Source of the DNA: Welwitschia mirabilis
Taxonomy: Eukaryota
Direction: 5' to 3'
NCBI GenBank assembly: GCA_051453625.1
Contig: JBOZIK010000001.1
Span: 49,584,814 to 49,646,199 of the forward strand
DNA: 61,386 nt
A program made the position numbers and the translations under genes. Below are positions 1-12,913 of the stretch, one piece after another. Position 1 is the stretch's first letter; each line of letters begins with the position of its first letter. Under the pieces are notes generated by a model. It had not been told where the DNA came from, did no database searches, and saw only the letters and a program-made list of their open reading frames with translations.

Positions 1-959
1 AGGGCATATTTAATTGACACCTTTTATGTGTTTTTGAATCTACATGATTTACTGTTGAGTCATTAAAAGATCCTTGTTAAGGTTTTGGGCCTTACTACGC
101 ATTTAGGTCAAAACTGTGACCTACATTATCGCCATAGTATAGATTTAGAAAGTTATGTTTGAGTCAATTACAAGCCTTTATGTTAAAAAAACTATGATTT
201 ATTTTAGTGTTTTGTAAAGGACTACGTTGCACATGAAAAGGAAAAGGAGGAATGCCCCCAAACTCTCCTATAAACACAAGATCTATATAAAGAAAAACGA
301 TGAGGCTGATTGAAACCCTAATGCCACAAATTTGTGTGATGGATGAAATGCTATAGGTTTTCTACATGCTTGAAAAGCTTGAGCTTCTTGCTTGATTTTA
401 TGCTTTACTTTGCTTGATTTAATGCCTGAAAATTGCTCAAAGGTTGCTTGAATTCTCTCATACAGCTTGAATGTCATGTTTAGATAGAAGAATAAGAAAG
501 AATAGAAGAAGGTTTTTCTGTTTGTCATATTAGATTTGAAGAGAATTTAAGGGTTTATTTCATGAATGTTGATGAGTTTCATTGGAAGCATGTTTGATTC
601 TTGCATATTTCATGTTGCATGTCACATGCAAACATAGAGCTACACACATTTGATGTTTGAGGAAAAATCTGAGCACTTATCTACAGTCATTTGATGTATT
701 AGAATCACTCTGATCACTTAAAAGTGAAGAACGTTTATGATGTTGTTTGGCTTTCTTCAACATACGAGAACAAGGATTGAATTCTACTGAAAAAAGTGAA
801 AGGAAAGTAAGTTAAATCTATGTTTTAAAGGTGTTTTAACACATTTCTATGAGAATTGCACAAGTAGGCCTTGGGACCAAATGTTTTTATCATCGGAAAC
901 TGATTTTCGTGCAGGACACACCCTATTTTGGGCCCTTCCATCATAAAAGTCCAGACCAC

Positions 960-1130
960 ATTGTAGATGTCTACTGTTATTTTTCTGCACTCTGGAAATA
1001 CATCTACTGCACACAGATGTCTACTAATGTTCTTCAGCTCTCTGTAGAAACATCTACAACAAGATAGACATCTACTCATTTTCATCAGCGCCGGGTAGAG
1101 ACATCTATAGCACATCAGCGACATCTACTG
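960..1130. repeat. Cluster of (GT)AGATGTCT(AC)/AGACATCT(AC) motifs, the CpG-deaminated forms of the palindrome GTAGACGTCTAC; probably a SIRE-related fragment
   Basis: About 7 copies in 170 bp, e.g. gtagatgtctac at 963, acatctac, agatgtctac, tagacatctac, agacatctat. The same motif occurs in the SIRE-like element at 34.3-34.55, 49.3-49.55 and 52.45-52.72 kb. Confidence 0.7.
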
Positions 1131-1221
1131 TTCAAGCAAACAAGAAAAAAAGACCAAGCTTCGATTGGCAATTTTTAGAGCTGCTTTTTCCAATAAATGT
1201 TGGTTACATTTGTGCAAGTTA

Positions 1222-2090
1222 CCTTATGTTGATGATATGATAGTTGCTAAGAATGACTTGAAAAAAACAAAGCAGCTAAAACATGAAATGTCAGGACTCT
1301 TGCTACCAAAGACCTTAGACCACTAAAACAAGTCCTTAGGATGAGGATTGACCAAGATAAATCACATTGCAAATTGTGGTTAAGTCAAGTTGAATATATA
1401 GGTAAAGGGTTGACTGTGAACATGTCTATACTACTTTGGCTGCACATTCTCAACCATCACATAATGATTTTCTAGATTTAGAAGAGGACAAGTTTCACAT
1501 GAAGGATGTGTCTTACACATGTTGTGAGAAGCCTAATGTAAGTCATGGTCTATACTAGACTAGATGTTACTTATGCAATGGAAGTTGTCTCATGTTTTAT
1601 GAATCCTACTAGGAAGAATTGGTAAGTTGTTAAATGAATATTTTGGTATTTAGAAGGGACACAACATTTGTGCATTTGCTTTCACAGTCTTTATTTGAGC
1701 TTTATAAGATATGTAGATGTTCAATATGCTAGTTGCAGGGACACCAAGATGTCTACTACTAGTCATATATTTACTCCCAGTGGTGAAGTTGTGAGTTGGA
1801 TCTCTTTGCAGTTAGAAGTAGTCCTTTCGATTATGGAACCAAAATATTTTGCCATGGTAGAGGGTGCCAAGGAAATGATATGGTTACACAGTATTCTGGG
1901 TTGGCTTGGACGTCATCAATCCAAGTTTGTTATTCATTGTGGTATTCAAAGAGTCTGAGAAATAACAAAGAGTGTTGTCTACCATTCCCTGACAAAACAT
2001 TTTGACGTCAACCATCACTTCATTAGACAGGTAATAGGAACGAAGAAGTCAGATGTTGAAAATTTTCATATAGAGGCAAATCTGACCACA
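1222..2090 (+). pseudogene. Ty1/copia reverse transcriptase-RNase H remnant (Tork/TAR-like), with many stops and frameshifts
   Basis: Translated motifs: LYVDDMIVA (~1222), KDL..KQVLRMRI, LSQVEYI, SIMEPKYFAMVEGAKEMIWL (STTEAEY-type) and KHFDVNHHFIR (KHID-type). A degenerate PPT/LTR-start-like sequence, gagtggtagagcattggg, follows near 2170. Confidence 0.85.
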
Positions 2091-3721
2091 TGATGGAGTT
2101 GGTGTGGTTACATGGTCTCAGACATACTTAAAAGGAGTCATCTCTTATAGGCATTTGAAGTTTGTCTTCGAGTGGTAGAGCATTGGGTGTGAAGCCAAAT
2201 TTGTGATATTTTTAGCCCCATGTTTTATTCTCCTATTATGTTGTACCACCTTGCTGGAGGCAGAGTGTTCAGCGATCTTTTCCTTTAACATTGAGTAATG
2301 TTGTAGAAAGAAAAGGACAACAAAAAGGGTTGTAACCTTGATGGCATTTTAGAGTTGTTCTTTTTTGCCCCCCGAGGTTAATGAAATACGTTTAAAACCC
2401 TGCTATACTTCTTTGATTCCTAATAATAAGATTTCTACCTGCTTCCTATCGCTTTCCCTCTGCATTGGAGGGTTTTGCACATATGTCTATGTGTTTTTGC
2501 TTGCTGTTTTATTTTGTTTTCTGTTCTTTTTCTTGGTTATCTGTGATATTGTTATACTAGCCAATGCATTTTTTTAGTGCTACATATTTGTAAGCATGAT
2601 TGGCAAATTTTGCCCTTTGTATCTTTGAATAAAAGAAAGACTCTCTCTCTTGAATTTTTCCTAAGTGTGCCTTTTTTAATACCAACTCTTTGTGGAGCAA
2701 TTGCAAGTGACTGATATTGGGATCTAGGAGGCTAGGAAACAAAAGTGTGGATCAGGACCTTGTCTAAGGTGCTTGGCTATTGAATTTATCTGAGTTGTGT
2801 TTCAAAATTGTTCGTTTAGAAGATGTTCAGAAATTATCTTATTGGGTGGTCTGGAAATGCTAGAATACCTTTAGGTTAATTCCATGGAGTTTAGAAGGAA
2901 AGCTTGCAGCAAATTATCCAAGAAGATTGTCTGACAATGTGTTTCCAAGACATAACCTGCAAAGAAGCAAACAGTGTCATCACCTTGGAAGGAGCTATAT
3001 TTGAAGCAACTATTAAAAGGATGTTTATAGGCCATGTGTTGAAGATATTCCCTTTAGGATACAGTTTAAGACAAACTTTTGGAAGAGCTAACAATGCAAA
3101 CATCCATTTTAAGTTGATTTACACAACAGCCACTCAGGAAGCAGCTTCAAAACAGGTCTTGAAGACATTCCCTTCAGGAAGTGGGCTGGGAGGCAAAAAT
3201 CTAAAGTAACCATCTCCACCAACACCCCTTAGAGTTGTGTCCGCAAGAGTCTATAGAATTCTTCCTCGCCTCTTTTTTCCCCCTCTGCCCCCCCTTTGTT
3301 TGGTGGTTTGCCTTCTTTAAGTCACAGGAAACCAAACTGCACTCGGTAGGGTCACTAATTTGCTTGGCTGGGTGAAAACCCATTGGTGATAATTCTCAGC
3401 TTGGGAGCTAGTCACCAACTGTCTAAAGCTCACTTGTGATTTATACCCAAGACGTTCAAGCCCATGCCTAAGAGTGCATTGAATACATTCTCAACCTAGC
3501 TGTTAAAGCATCCCTTTTGGGACATTCCTGTTGCATGTTCTTTTGAAGTGAATACATGGAGGTCTAGTAAAGTGTGTGCCCTTTGGAGTTTGATTTACTC
3601 TTTATCACGTATTCAAGTGGAAGTGTAGTACATCAACACCCCTTATCAAAATAAACTCATCCACCCTGATACTAGATAGGTGTAGGTACTGAAAACATGA
3701 GCACCCTCACAACATCATCTT

Positions 3722-3801
3722 TATACACGTCTTGTCAAAAGGAGAGTGAAACCACTAGAAGTATACACTTCTTGTCAGAAGGAGAATGAAACTGCTGGCA
3801 G
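3722..3801. repeat. 40-bp imperfect tandem duplication
   Basis: tatacacgtcttgtcaaaaggagagtgaaaccactagaag is followed directly by tatacacttcttgtcagaaggagaatgaaactgctggcag. Confidence 0.85.
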
Positions 3802-5423
3802 CCAGCAAAAACAATTTTCTTTTCTTTTCATGTTCTTTGTAGAATTAGAAGAGGGGACTCTACATCAACTTGAGCATTCAACAGTTACATTTTTGTTAAA
3901 CTAGGGCAAGTACTCTGCATTAAGGCTTCACTAAGTGCTTTCTTTGTAGCTATGTGAGAAGATCCACATCTTTTCCAACTTATTCTCCAATAAGAGATAA
4001 CTTTGAACTTTAAGCTGTGTTATGTATTGATCCTTGTTTCCTCAAGGAAAGAAGAGATGAATCAACAGTAGCTTCATGACCAAGAAGGTTCAAATATGAA
4101 AACAATGTTAGGTATGAAAGGAATCTTATTCCACACTGAGGTTGCATTGTAGAATATTTTGTAGGGGACAATAAATGTTTAGTATAGTTTTAAGCAGACC
4201 TGCATGAACAGGACTAAAAGTTTACAACAGAGTCGCCATAGTAGCTTTGGTTTTTGCATGAATATGAAAAGCACCTGTTTTTATCCATCAGACATAAAAC
4301 AAGAATTCATTATGGAGAAGGAAAACCCCCATTGCAGTTTATCACACAAAACAATAGTTTTGTGGCTAAACAAATAGAAACAAAAAACAAAAGCATAAGT
4401 GAAGTTACTCTGCATGAAGGATTTCTTTTAGCAAGTATAACTTCATCATCTTTTCTTCTTTTAGAATTCTCACTGACAATGAACTGAATATTCATTAAGG
4501 GGCTAGTTACTGTATTGGCAACAGCCTATAGTGTCAACTCTCAAAAACTCATGGGTGTCAGGAGAAAGAATAAAAAATCCAAAAATTCAGAGCTAACATT
4601 TTTAGAATATGTGAATATGTGCTTCATGACACAATAGAAAGCCAGGAATTTTGATTTAAAAATAAAATTATGATGAACATTGTTTGAATCTATTGTGATG
4701 CTGCAGATTTCCAAAAGCCCTGTGGTTTTCAAGGAAACTAATCCACAGCCATGAAAACATGCACTCTGGCTATCAAAATCAGGCTTCACAGGAGTGCAGG
4801 CATCTGCCAATATTACTCTACGGTTTAGATCTTTAAGATGCATTTAGAAAACACAGCTCGGAATAATTAGTATAAAACTTAACATTCAGTTTATATATTT
4901 TCCTTAGCAAGTATACCTACAAGATAAGAACACTAGAACATGTTATAGATATAAACTACTATTGAAAAAGCTTTAGTTTTTAGCATACACAGGATTTCAC
5001 AGATTCGCTTGGCTCTGAGATTATATTCAAAGTTTCTGACATTAAGGGTTGCTTTTGTCAGTCAGCACCTACTCAAATTCTCTTAAGGGGTGTTGAATAG
5101 GCATTTTGAGATACTCATTCAATGTGATTCACAAGTTCCTTTCTTTAAGGGGAGGATTTTAATGTTTGGTTTACAGCAAAAGGCTCAAGTTGTATATCAA
5201 GCAGATGTATCATCTACGGCGATGGATGAAAGCTTGCAATGTAAGACAACGGTGTCTTTAAGTTATAACTCTTTGCCTATTGCAGAACAAAATATCATTT
5301 CTACTATGGTAATGCAATGGCAAAAAGAACCTGCAATATTGCAAGCATTTTCTCCAAGGTCGATGTAAGGCAGTAAAAGTGATCTGGAAGAGTACACAAA
5401 AACACTCCCAAGGCATGCCATTA

Positions 5424-5527
5424 TAAAGTGACGAAAACGTCTTGTATTTGAAAGATGGAAAGAGTCATGACTTATATCCAAAGGTCGTGACTTACAAAAA
5501 TTATGCAGAGAAAAAAAATCTTCAACA
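5424..5527 (-). repeat. 3' LTR of the Ale-like element (shorter than the 5' LTR)
   Basis: aaacgtcttgtatttgaaag...gtcatgacttatatccaaaggtcgtgactta...aaaatcttcaaca matches 12820-12913. It begins TGTTGAAG on the minus strand right after the PPT TTGAGGGGTAG. The left boundary is uncertain. Confidence 0.85.
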
Positions 5528-5534
5528 CTACCCC

Positions 5535-7030
5535 TCAAGTTGGTGCATAGATATCACACATGCCCAACTTGTCAAGGCTTTTTGAGAACACTCGATTTGA
5601 GACTGCCTTAGTAAGAACGTCAGCTAATTGATCCTCAGATTGAATTTTAGGTAGTTCCACAATCTTCCTATCTAACTTCTCCTTAATGAAGAATCTGTCT
5701 CCTTCAACATGCTTTATTCGATCATGTTGAACTAGATTGTGGGCGATGTCACATACAGCTTTATTGTCATAATACATCTGAATTACTTGCCTAAGTGGAT
5801 AACCCAAATCTTGCAAAAGTAATCTCAACCATAAGGTTTCACAAAGTCCCAGTGCCATCCCTCTACATTTAGCTTCTACACTTAAGCAAGCAACAACAAT
5901 TTGTTTCTTGCTTCTCCATGTAACAAGATTACCACCCACAAATGTGAAATAACCAGAAGTTAATCGTTTATCATCGATTGATCCAGCCCCATCAACGTCA
6001 GTATATGCATCTATGCTTTGACAATCTGTATTTTTAGTGAATAGTATTCCCTTTCCAGGAGCAGACTTCAACTACTTTAAAATACACATGACTGCATTTA
6101 TATGTTGTTCTCCTAAATTATGCATAAATTGGCTGACAATACACGATGCATAGGTAAGATCTGGTCTGTTGTGAGCTAAGTACATCAGCCTCCCTACTAG
6201 CCTTTGATACATCCCTTTATCAACTAGTATTTGATCTTACTCAATACATAAGTTTAAGCCTTCCTCCATGGGTGTATTAACTAGTTGACATGCTAACATT
6301 CTAGCCTTTTTCAATAAGTCTAATGCATATTTTCTTTGAGACAAAAATATTCCTTTTTTGAATCTTGATACTTCGACCCCAAGAAAATATTTCAAGGACC
6401 TAAGGTCTTTCATTTCAAACTCTTTCAACAAATACTCTTATAAAACCTTCCTTTCTTTGGGATCATTCCCTGTAACAACCATGTCATCCACATATATAAT
6501 GAGTGAAGTGATCTTATCCTACTATTTTTTCTAAAATATGGTTTGAATTGCTTTAATGGTATCCAAATGCTATTATGGACTTTGTAAACCTTCCAAACCA
6601 TGCTCGCGGGGACAGTTTTAGCCCATATAATGATTTATCTAATCTACACACCTTTTGACTGTGTGTTTTTGGGGTCATGCTTCTTGGTGGGAGCTCCATA
6701 TAAATATCTTTAGATAATTCTCCAATTCTTCATGCAAAAAGGCATTTTTTACATCAAATTGTTGTAATGGCTAATCTAAGTTTGTTGCTATGAAAAGCGT
6801 ACCTAGACAGTGTTAATTTTAGCTACAAGTATAAATGTCTCTATGTAATCAATCCCATAGGATTAGGTATATCCTTTACAACAAGTCTTGTTTTAAATCA
6901 TTCAATCATACCATCTACTCTATACTTCATAGTGTAAATCCATTGACATCCTATTGGCTTCTTTCCTAATGGGCAATCAACAATGTCCTAAGTTTTATTC
7001 TTTTGCAAGAAGTTTATTTCCTCATTTATA
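5535..7030 (-). pseudogene. Copia RT and RNase H (Ale-like pol C-terminus)
   Basis: ORF 5535-6071 has AYTDVDGAGSIDDKRLTSGYFTFVGGNLVTWRSKKQ, YDNKA, VQHDRIKHVEGDRFFIKEK and QLADVLTKA. ORF 6237-6431 has EFEMKDLRSLKYFLGVEV. YVDDM lies at ~6480-6497, with KSLYGLKLSPRAWFGRF upstream of it. Confidence 0.93.
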
Positions 7031-10000
7031 ATAGCTTTTCACCTTGCATTAGTTAAGGCTTCTTGCACATTGTTAGGAATAGCTAAAGTAGATAATTGAT
7101 TAATAAATAACTGATTTAATTCTAATAACCTATGATTAGACACAAAATAACTTATGGGATATTTAACTTTATTAGAAAGTTTAGGCTCATATGTGGATTT
7201 AGAAATACCTCTGGTAAGAAATTCGGGTAGTTTTTTTCTAATAGGCTTAGGTATTAGATCAAGCACATCCTTAGTAAACAATTAGTGTGGTATATTAGTA
7301 AGGGCTTAGATTCTTTGATTGATGGATTTTCTTATTCAATCACTTCTTTAGCTTCTAAATGATCATTAATATTATGATAAAAAGATACACCACTTATATC
7401 TGAATCATTGCCATCGCTTTTCTTAATAATCTAATAATCTAGAGTGTGAATCTCCTTTTGGTACTCATCCTAAAATTTACACTTAGAGGAATAATACATT
7501 CAGTCTTCATGAAAAACTACATCCAATGTTATAAACATTCATCACATTTAAAGATGATAACATTTGTAGCCCTTCTAATGCATAGCATACCCTAGAAAAA
7601 TACATCTTAGAGCTTCTATATCTAACTTATTAGGTTTATTCTTATGAAGATGTACAAATACTAGATAACTAAAGACATGAAGAGATAAATTAGAAATAGA
7701 TGAAGCAACCACAGCATCACTGAGGGCTTGGAATGATGTTTGAAAGTCAAGAGTTTGTGATCAAGTTTGATTAATTAAATATGCTGCAGTGGTAAGCACT
7801 TCCCTCCAATAAGATAATGGCATATGAGCTTCAATAAGTAAAGCACGAACAACTTCTAGTAAATGTAAATTTTTCCTCTTAATAACCCTATTTTATTAGG
7901 GTGTATCAGAATCTCTAATTAGGTTATCAAGGTGGTCTTTATGTTGAGAAATAAGAGGTTCAAAGATTCTGATACTCTCCTCCATTATCACTGCATAGAA
8001 TCTGAATCTATGCATTGTAATAAGTTTTAATTATTTTATAAAATTTTTGAAATAACAAAATCACTTTGCTTTTAGACTTCATTCAGCATAACCAAGTCAT
8101 TATGTTATAATCATTAACAAAATTCACAAACCAATGTAATCCACTCAAAAGTTGGGGTTTTGGATGATCCCCAGACATCAGAATTTATAACCAAAAAAGG
8201 ATGAGTACTTTTATTTAAAATTAATGGAAATTGAGTTTGATGACTTTTTGCAAGTTTACAAACCTCACATTGAAAGCTAAAAATATCAGACTTTTCAAAT
8301 AAACTAGGAAATAATTTTTTTAATTAACCAAAGGATGCATAACTAAGACATCGATGTCATAGACAAATTTCAGATTTATTCTTCTTCCCCTTACAATTAT
8401 ATATTATAACAACCTGACATAACTTTTTAGAACTCTTTGAAATTAGGTTTAAGTAGTACAACTTCCCTGGCCTAATACCATAACCAATTGTCTACTTTAT
8501 TTTGATGTCCTCAAACACACAAAAATCAAGCCAAAAAATTACAACACAAAATAAGAATATGGTTATTTGGGATAAAGGGTTAAAATCTAAGGATGGGACA
8601 ACCAAAATAGAAGATATAAATTATTAGTGAGGGTTAAAAAGTCTTGTCCAATAATTAGGGCTTGATTACCATTAGCAATAAAACAAACTTTTCGAAGGAT
8701 GATTTAAGATGTGTGATTTGTCTAGAATAATGTATGGTCCGAATTACTTTAATGGTATCCAAATGCTATCATGGACTTTGTGAACCTTCCAAATCATGCC
8801 CATGGGGACTGTTTTAGCCCATATAATGATTTATCCAATCTGCACACCTTTTAAGTATGTGTTTCTGGGGCCATGCATCCTAGTGAGAGCACCATATAAA
8901 CTTCTTTAGATAATTCTCTAATTTTTCATGTAAAAAGGTATTTTTACATTAAATTTTTGCAATGGTTAATCTAAGTATATTGCTAAAAATAACAAACCTA
9001 GACAGTGTTAATTTTAGCTACAAGTACAAATGTCTCTATGTAATCAATCCCATAGGATTGGGTATATACTTTTGCCATAAGCTTGCTTTAAATCATTCAA
9101 TCGTACCATCTACTCTATACTTTATAGGGTAAATTCATAGACATCCTATTGGATTCTTTCCTAGTGGGCAATCTCATTCTTTTGCAAGAAGTTCATTTCC
9201 TCATTTATAATGGCTTTCCATCTTGTATTAGTTAAGGCTTCTTGCACATTGTAAGGAATAGCTAAAGTAGATAATTAATTAACAAATAACTAATTTAATT
9301 CAAATAACATGTGATTAGACACAAAATGACTCATGGGATATTTAACTTTATTAGAAAGTTCAGGCTCATATGTGAGTTTAGGAATACCTCTAGTAAGAAA
9401 TTCTACTATTTTTTTCCTTACAAGATTAGGTATTAGATCAGATACATCCTCAGTAAATGATTGGTATGATATTTTAGTGAGGGCTTAGATTCCTTAATAG
9501 ATGGATTTCCTTGTTCATCACTTCTTTAGCTTCTAAATAATCATTAACATTAGGATGAAAAGTTACACCACTTATATCTGAATTGTTGTCATCACTGTTT
9601 TCAATAATCTAATAATCTAGAGTATGAATCTCCTTTTGGTACTCACCCTAAAATTCAAACTTAGAAGAAAAATACATTCAGTCTTCATGAAAAACTACAT
9701 CCAATGTTATAAACATTCATCACATTGGAAGATGATAACATTTATAGCCCTTCTAATGCATAACATACCTAGAAAAACACATCTTAGAGCTTCTGGATAT
9801 AACTTATTAGGCTGATTCTTATGAAGATGTACAAATAATACATAACCAAAGACATGAAGAGATAAATTAGGAATAGTTGAAGCAACCACAACATCACTGA
9901 GGGCTTGGAATAATGTTCGAAATTCAAGAGCCCTTGATGAAGTTCGATTAATTAAATATGCTGTAGTGGTAAGTACTTTCCCCCCAATAAGACAATGGCA

Positions 10001-11125
10001 TATGAGCTTCAATTAGTGAAGCATGAATAACTTCTAGTAAATTTAAATTTTTCCTCTTAGCAACCCTATTTTATTGGGGTGTATCAGAATCTCTAATTTG
10101 GTTATCAAGGTGTTCTTTAGGTTGAGAAATAAGAGGCTTAGAGATTCTAATACTCTCCTCCATTATCACTGCATATAATTTGAATCTATGCATTGTACTG
10201 AGTTTTAATAACTTTCTGAAATTTTTGAAATAACAAACTCACTTTGCTTTTATACTTCATTAAGCATAAATAAGTCATTATGTTATAATCATTAATAAAA
10301 TTCATAAACCAATGTAATTCACTCAAAATTTGGGGTTTTAAATGATCCCCAGATGTCAGAATGTATAACCATAAAAGGATGAGGACTTTTATTTAAAATT
10401 AATGGAAATGAAGTTCGATGACTTTTTGCAAGTTTACAAACCNNNNNNNNNNNNNNNNNNNNNNNNNNNNNNNNNNNNNNNNNNNNNNNNNNNNNNNNNN
10501 NNNNNNNNNNNNNNNNNNNNNNNNNNNNNNNNNNNNNNNNNNCCACCCAAAGTTAGGGTTTTGAATGGAACCCAGACATCAGAATGTATAACCATAACAG
10601 GATGAAGACTTTTATTTAAAATTAATGGAAATGAAGTTAGATGACTTTTTGCAAGTTCACAAACCCTCACATTGAAAGCTAGAAACGTCAAACTTTCCAA
10701 ATAAACAAGGAAATTAATTTTTTTAGATAACCAAAGGATGCATGACCAAGACGTCAATGCCATAGCCAAATTTCAGATGTATTCTTCTCCTGCTTACAAC
10801 TATCCACTGTAAAAACCTAGTGTAACTTTTTAGAACTCTTTGAAATTAGGTCCAAGTAGTACAACTTCCCTTGCCTAATATCACAACCAATCATCTACTT
10901 TGTTTGGATGTCCTTAAACACACAAAAATCAAGCTAAAAAATTACAACGAAATAGATAAAAGGTTGAAATCTAAGGATGGGACAACCAAAACAGAATCTA
11001 GTTTCAAAGTATTAGTGAGGGCTAAAGAGTCTTCCCCCATAATTGGGGCTTGATTACCACTGGTGGTAGAAACAAAATTTTGGAAGGATGATTTAAGATG
11101 TGTGATTTGTCTAGAATCAAATGTC
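6537..11125 (-). repeat. ~2.2 kb head-to-tail duplication of the protease C-end, integrase and RT N-terminal part within the copia pol
   Basis: ctttaatggtatccaaatgc occurs at 6551 and 8747 (period 2196). The copies stay colinear through gatgatttaagatgtgtgatttgtctagaat at ~8698 and ~11087. The junction is at ~8731. Confidence 0.93.
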
Positions 11126-12062
11126 ATATGATCTGTAGCACCAAAATCAATTGTCCATGCACTATTAGGAACAGGGAGAGAAATATTAAAAACCTTACCA
11201 CCATTATCTGTAGATGCTACCAATGCAAAGGCTCTTTTAGCAACATTATCATTTGTATTTGTTTCAATAATAGCAACGGTTTGGGCCCTGTTAGAATTCT
11301 TCCTCTGGAAAGCTCAATTATGATCCCACCATTCTAGATATCCCACAACTTTATAGCAACGCTCTTTGGTATGTCCAGTCAAGTTGCAATGGGTGCATTT
11401 GTAAGTAGACTTATTGACGCCATAGGTTGTCTTTGGTCAATTTCGAGTCACCATTGCAGCAACTTCAAAATTTTTAGGCTCCACCTTTAATGTTGCTTAG
11501 CGTGCTGCCTCTTGTCGAATTAATGCATAACATTCTTCAAGATCTGGAACGGTTTCCTTGTGTAAAATTTCTCCACGAATTTGTTAAAGATCACCATCCA
11601 ATCCAGTAAGAAATATGTGCACCCTTAGTTGTTTAATGGACTTTCAGAATGCTACAATATCATCATGATCTTTCATGACCCCTATATCTCGATGGTCCAA
11701 TTCTCGAAAAACTTCAGTCCATTCTCCATAATATTCAGAAAGAGACTTTCCACATTGTTTGGCAGTGAAAGCCTTTTGGTTCAAGGGAAAAAGTTGCAAC
11801 TCATCACATACATTATAAAAAGCTTTTGACAGAGCATTCCATATTTTAGAGGCAGTGGACAAGCGCAAGTAATGCTTCATAATTTCTAGACTCATGGACA
11901 TTAATAGCCATCTTTTCACTTTTTGATTCTTAGCATACCACTTTTCATATCCATCTTCAGATTCTGCAGGTGGCTTTGTCTTACCACGAATATCAGAGAG
12001 TTTCTCCCTATCGGCAATATGCATCTCCATCAATTGTGATCAAACATCATAATTGGATTCAG
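10942..12062 (-). pseudogene. Copia gag (UBN2-type with CCHC zinc knuckle) and aspartic protease
   Basis: ORF 11644-12033 has MEMHIADREKL...YEKWYAKNQKVKRWLLMSM. The knuckle YKCTHCNLTGHTKERCYKVVGY is at ~11340-11405. The protease motif WTIDFGATDHMT is in ORF 10942-11223. Confidence 0.92.
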
Positions 12063-12750
12063 TAAGAACAAGTCTTGCATTGAATACACCTTCAAATTGA
12101 ACAACGACAAGAATAGACCTCGTTCTAGATGATTCAGGATTTTTTCCACTCTATTTTTTTTAATTTTATAAATACAACCTTTCTTACCCTTCTTCACATG
12201 CCTAAGAAGAACAAAGTGTATGGCTTGGTTGAGCTTAGTAGAAGTTGCTAATTGAAAAACGTCTTGTTGAACGGATGTACAAGACCCAGACAGAAATGTT
12301 TTCTTCAACGAATTATGATTGGGCTAGATCTGGGGTTTAATGGCTCCAGATTAAATACTTTAGGACATCTGCAAATTTTGCTTCTGTTTCGAGTGCGTCG
12401 GAATTCGCAATTACAAGCTTCTCTTCTGCACACAGATGTTTTAGTTATAGAAACGAAGAGCTTTGAATTCTCAAATTCTTGAAATTATTTTCCTTCAATC
12501 CTCCTTTCAACAATGATGTGGACGACATGCATTCAAAACAGGCATAGAATGGCGATAAAGCTCAGGCAAGAGTGTGCAGGAAATTGCTTAAGATGGAGAC
12601 AGAAATGTGAACTCAAGCAGACGAAAAAGTAGCGACCTAACTCACCTTCACGAAGAAAAACAGAAGATATTCTTTTAATAACCGCAAGGTGAAAAATCCC
12701 TCTATGTGTGATTTTAGTCCTTTCTAATTCGTGGATCTTGTGCCAGTAAT

Positions 12751-12763
12751 GGCTCTAATACCA
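12751..12763 (-). promoter_or_regulatory. Primer-binding site (initiator tRNA-Met) of the Ale-like element
   Basis: The minus strand reads TGGTATTAGAGCC (consensus TGGTATCAGAGC), 3 bp from the LTR end. Confidence 0.9.
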
Positions 12764-12766
12764 AAT

Positions 12767-12913
12767 TGAAGTGTCTGTGATACGCTAATATGAAATCTAT
12801 TCTCTGAAGTGCTCCTTGGAAACGTCTTGTATTTGAAAGAGGCAAAGAGTCATGACTTATATCCAAAGGTCGTGACTTATGGAAATTATGGAGAGAGAAA
12901 AAAATCTTCAACA
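12767..12913 (-). repeat. 5' LTR (147 bp) of the Ale-like element
   Basis: TG...CA termini, adjacent PBS, and homology to 5433-5527. Confidence 0.9.

Larger units (their letters stand above)
5424..12913 (-). mobile_element. Ty1/copia LTR retrotransposon (Ale-like, short LTRs), degenerate, with internal tandem duplication
   Basis: Matching short LTRs at ~5424-5527 and 12767-12913, tRNA-Met PBS at 12751-12763, PPT at 5528-5540. Minus-strand domain order is gag-PR-INT-RT-RH. No convincing TSD. Confidence 0.93.

Noticed and set aside
313-321. AAACCCTAA telomere-like word (similar words at 41478 and 54445)
   Set aside because: These are isolated single copies with no array and no USE+TATA Pol III promoter, so neither an interstitial telomere nor a telomerase RNA is supported.
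2904-3209. 101-aa ORF containing a 21-bp repeat (ttgaaga.attccctt.agga twice)
   Set aside because: It has a non-ATG start and no recognisable domain; the repeat alone is not enough to call a feature.
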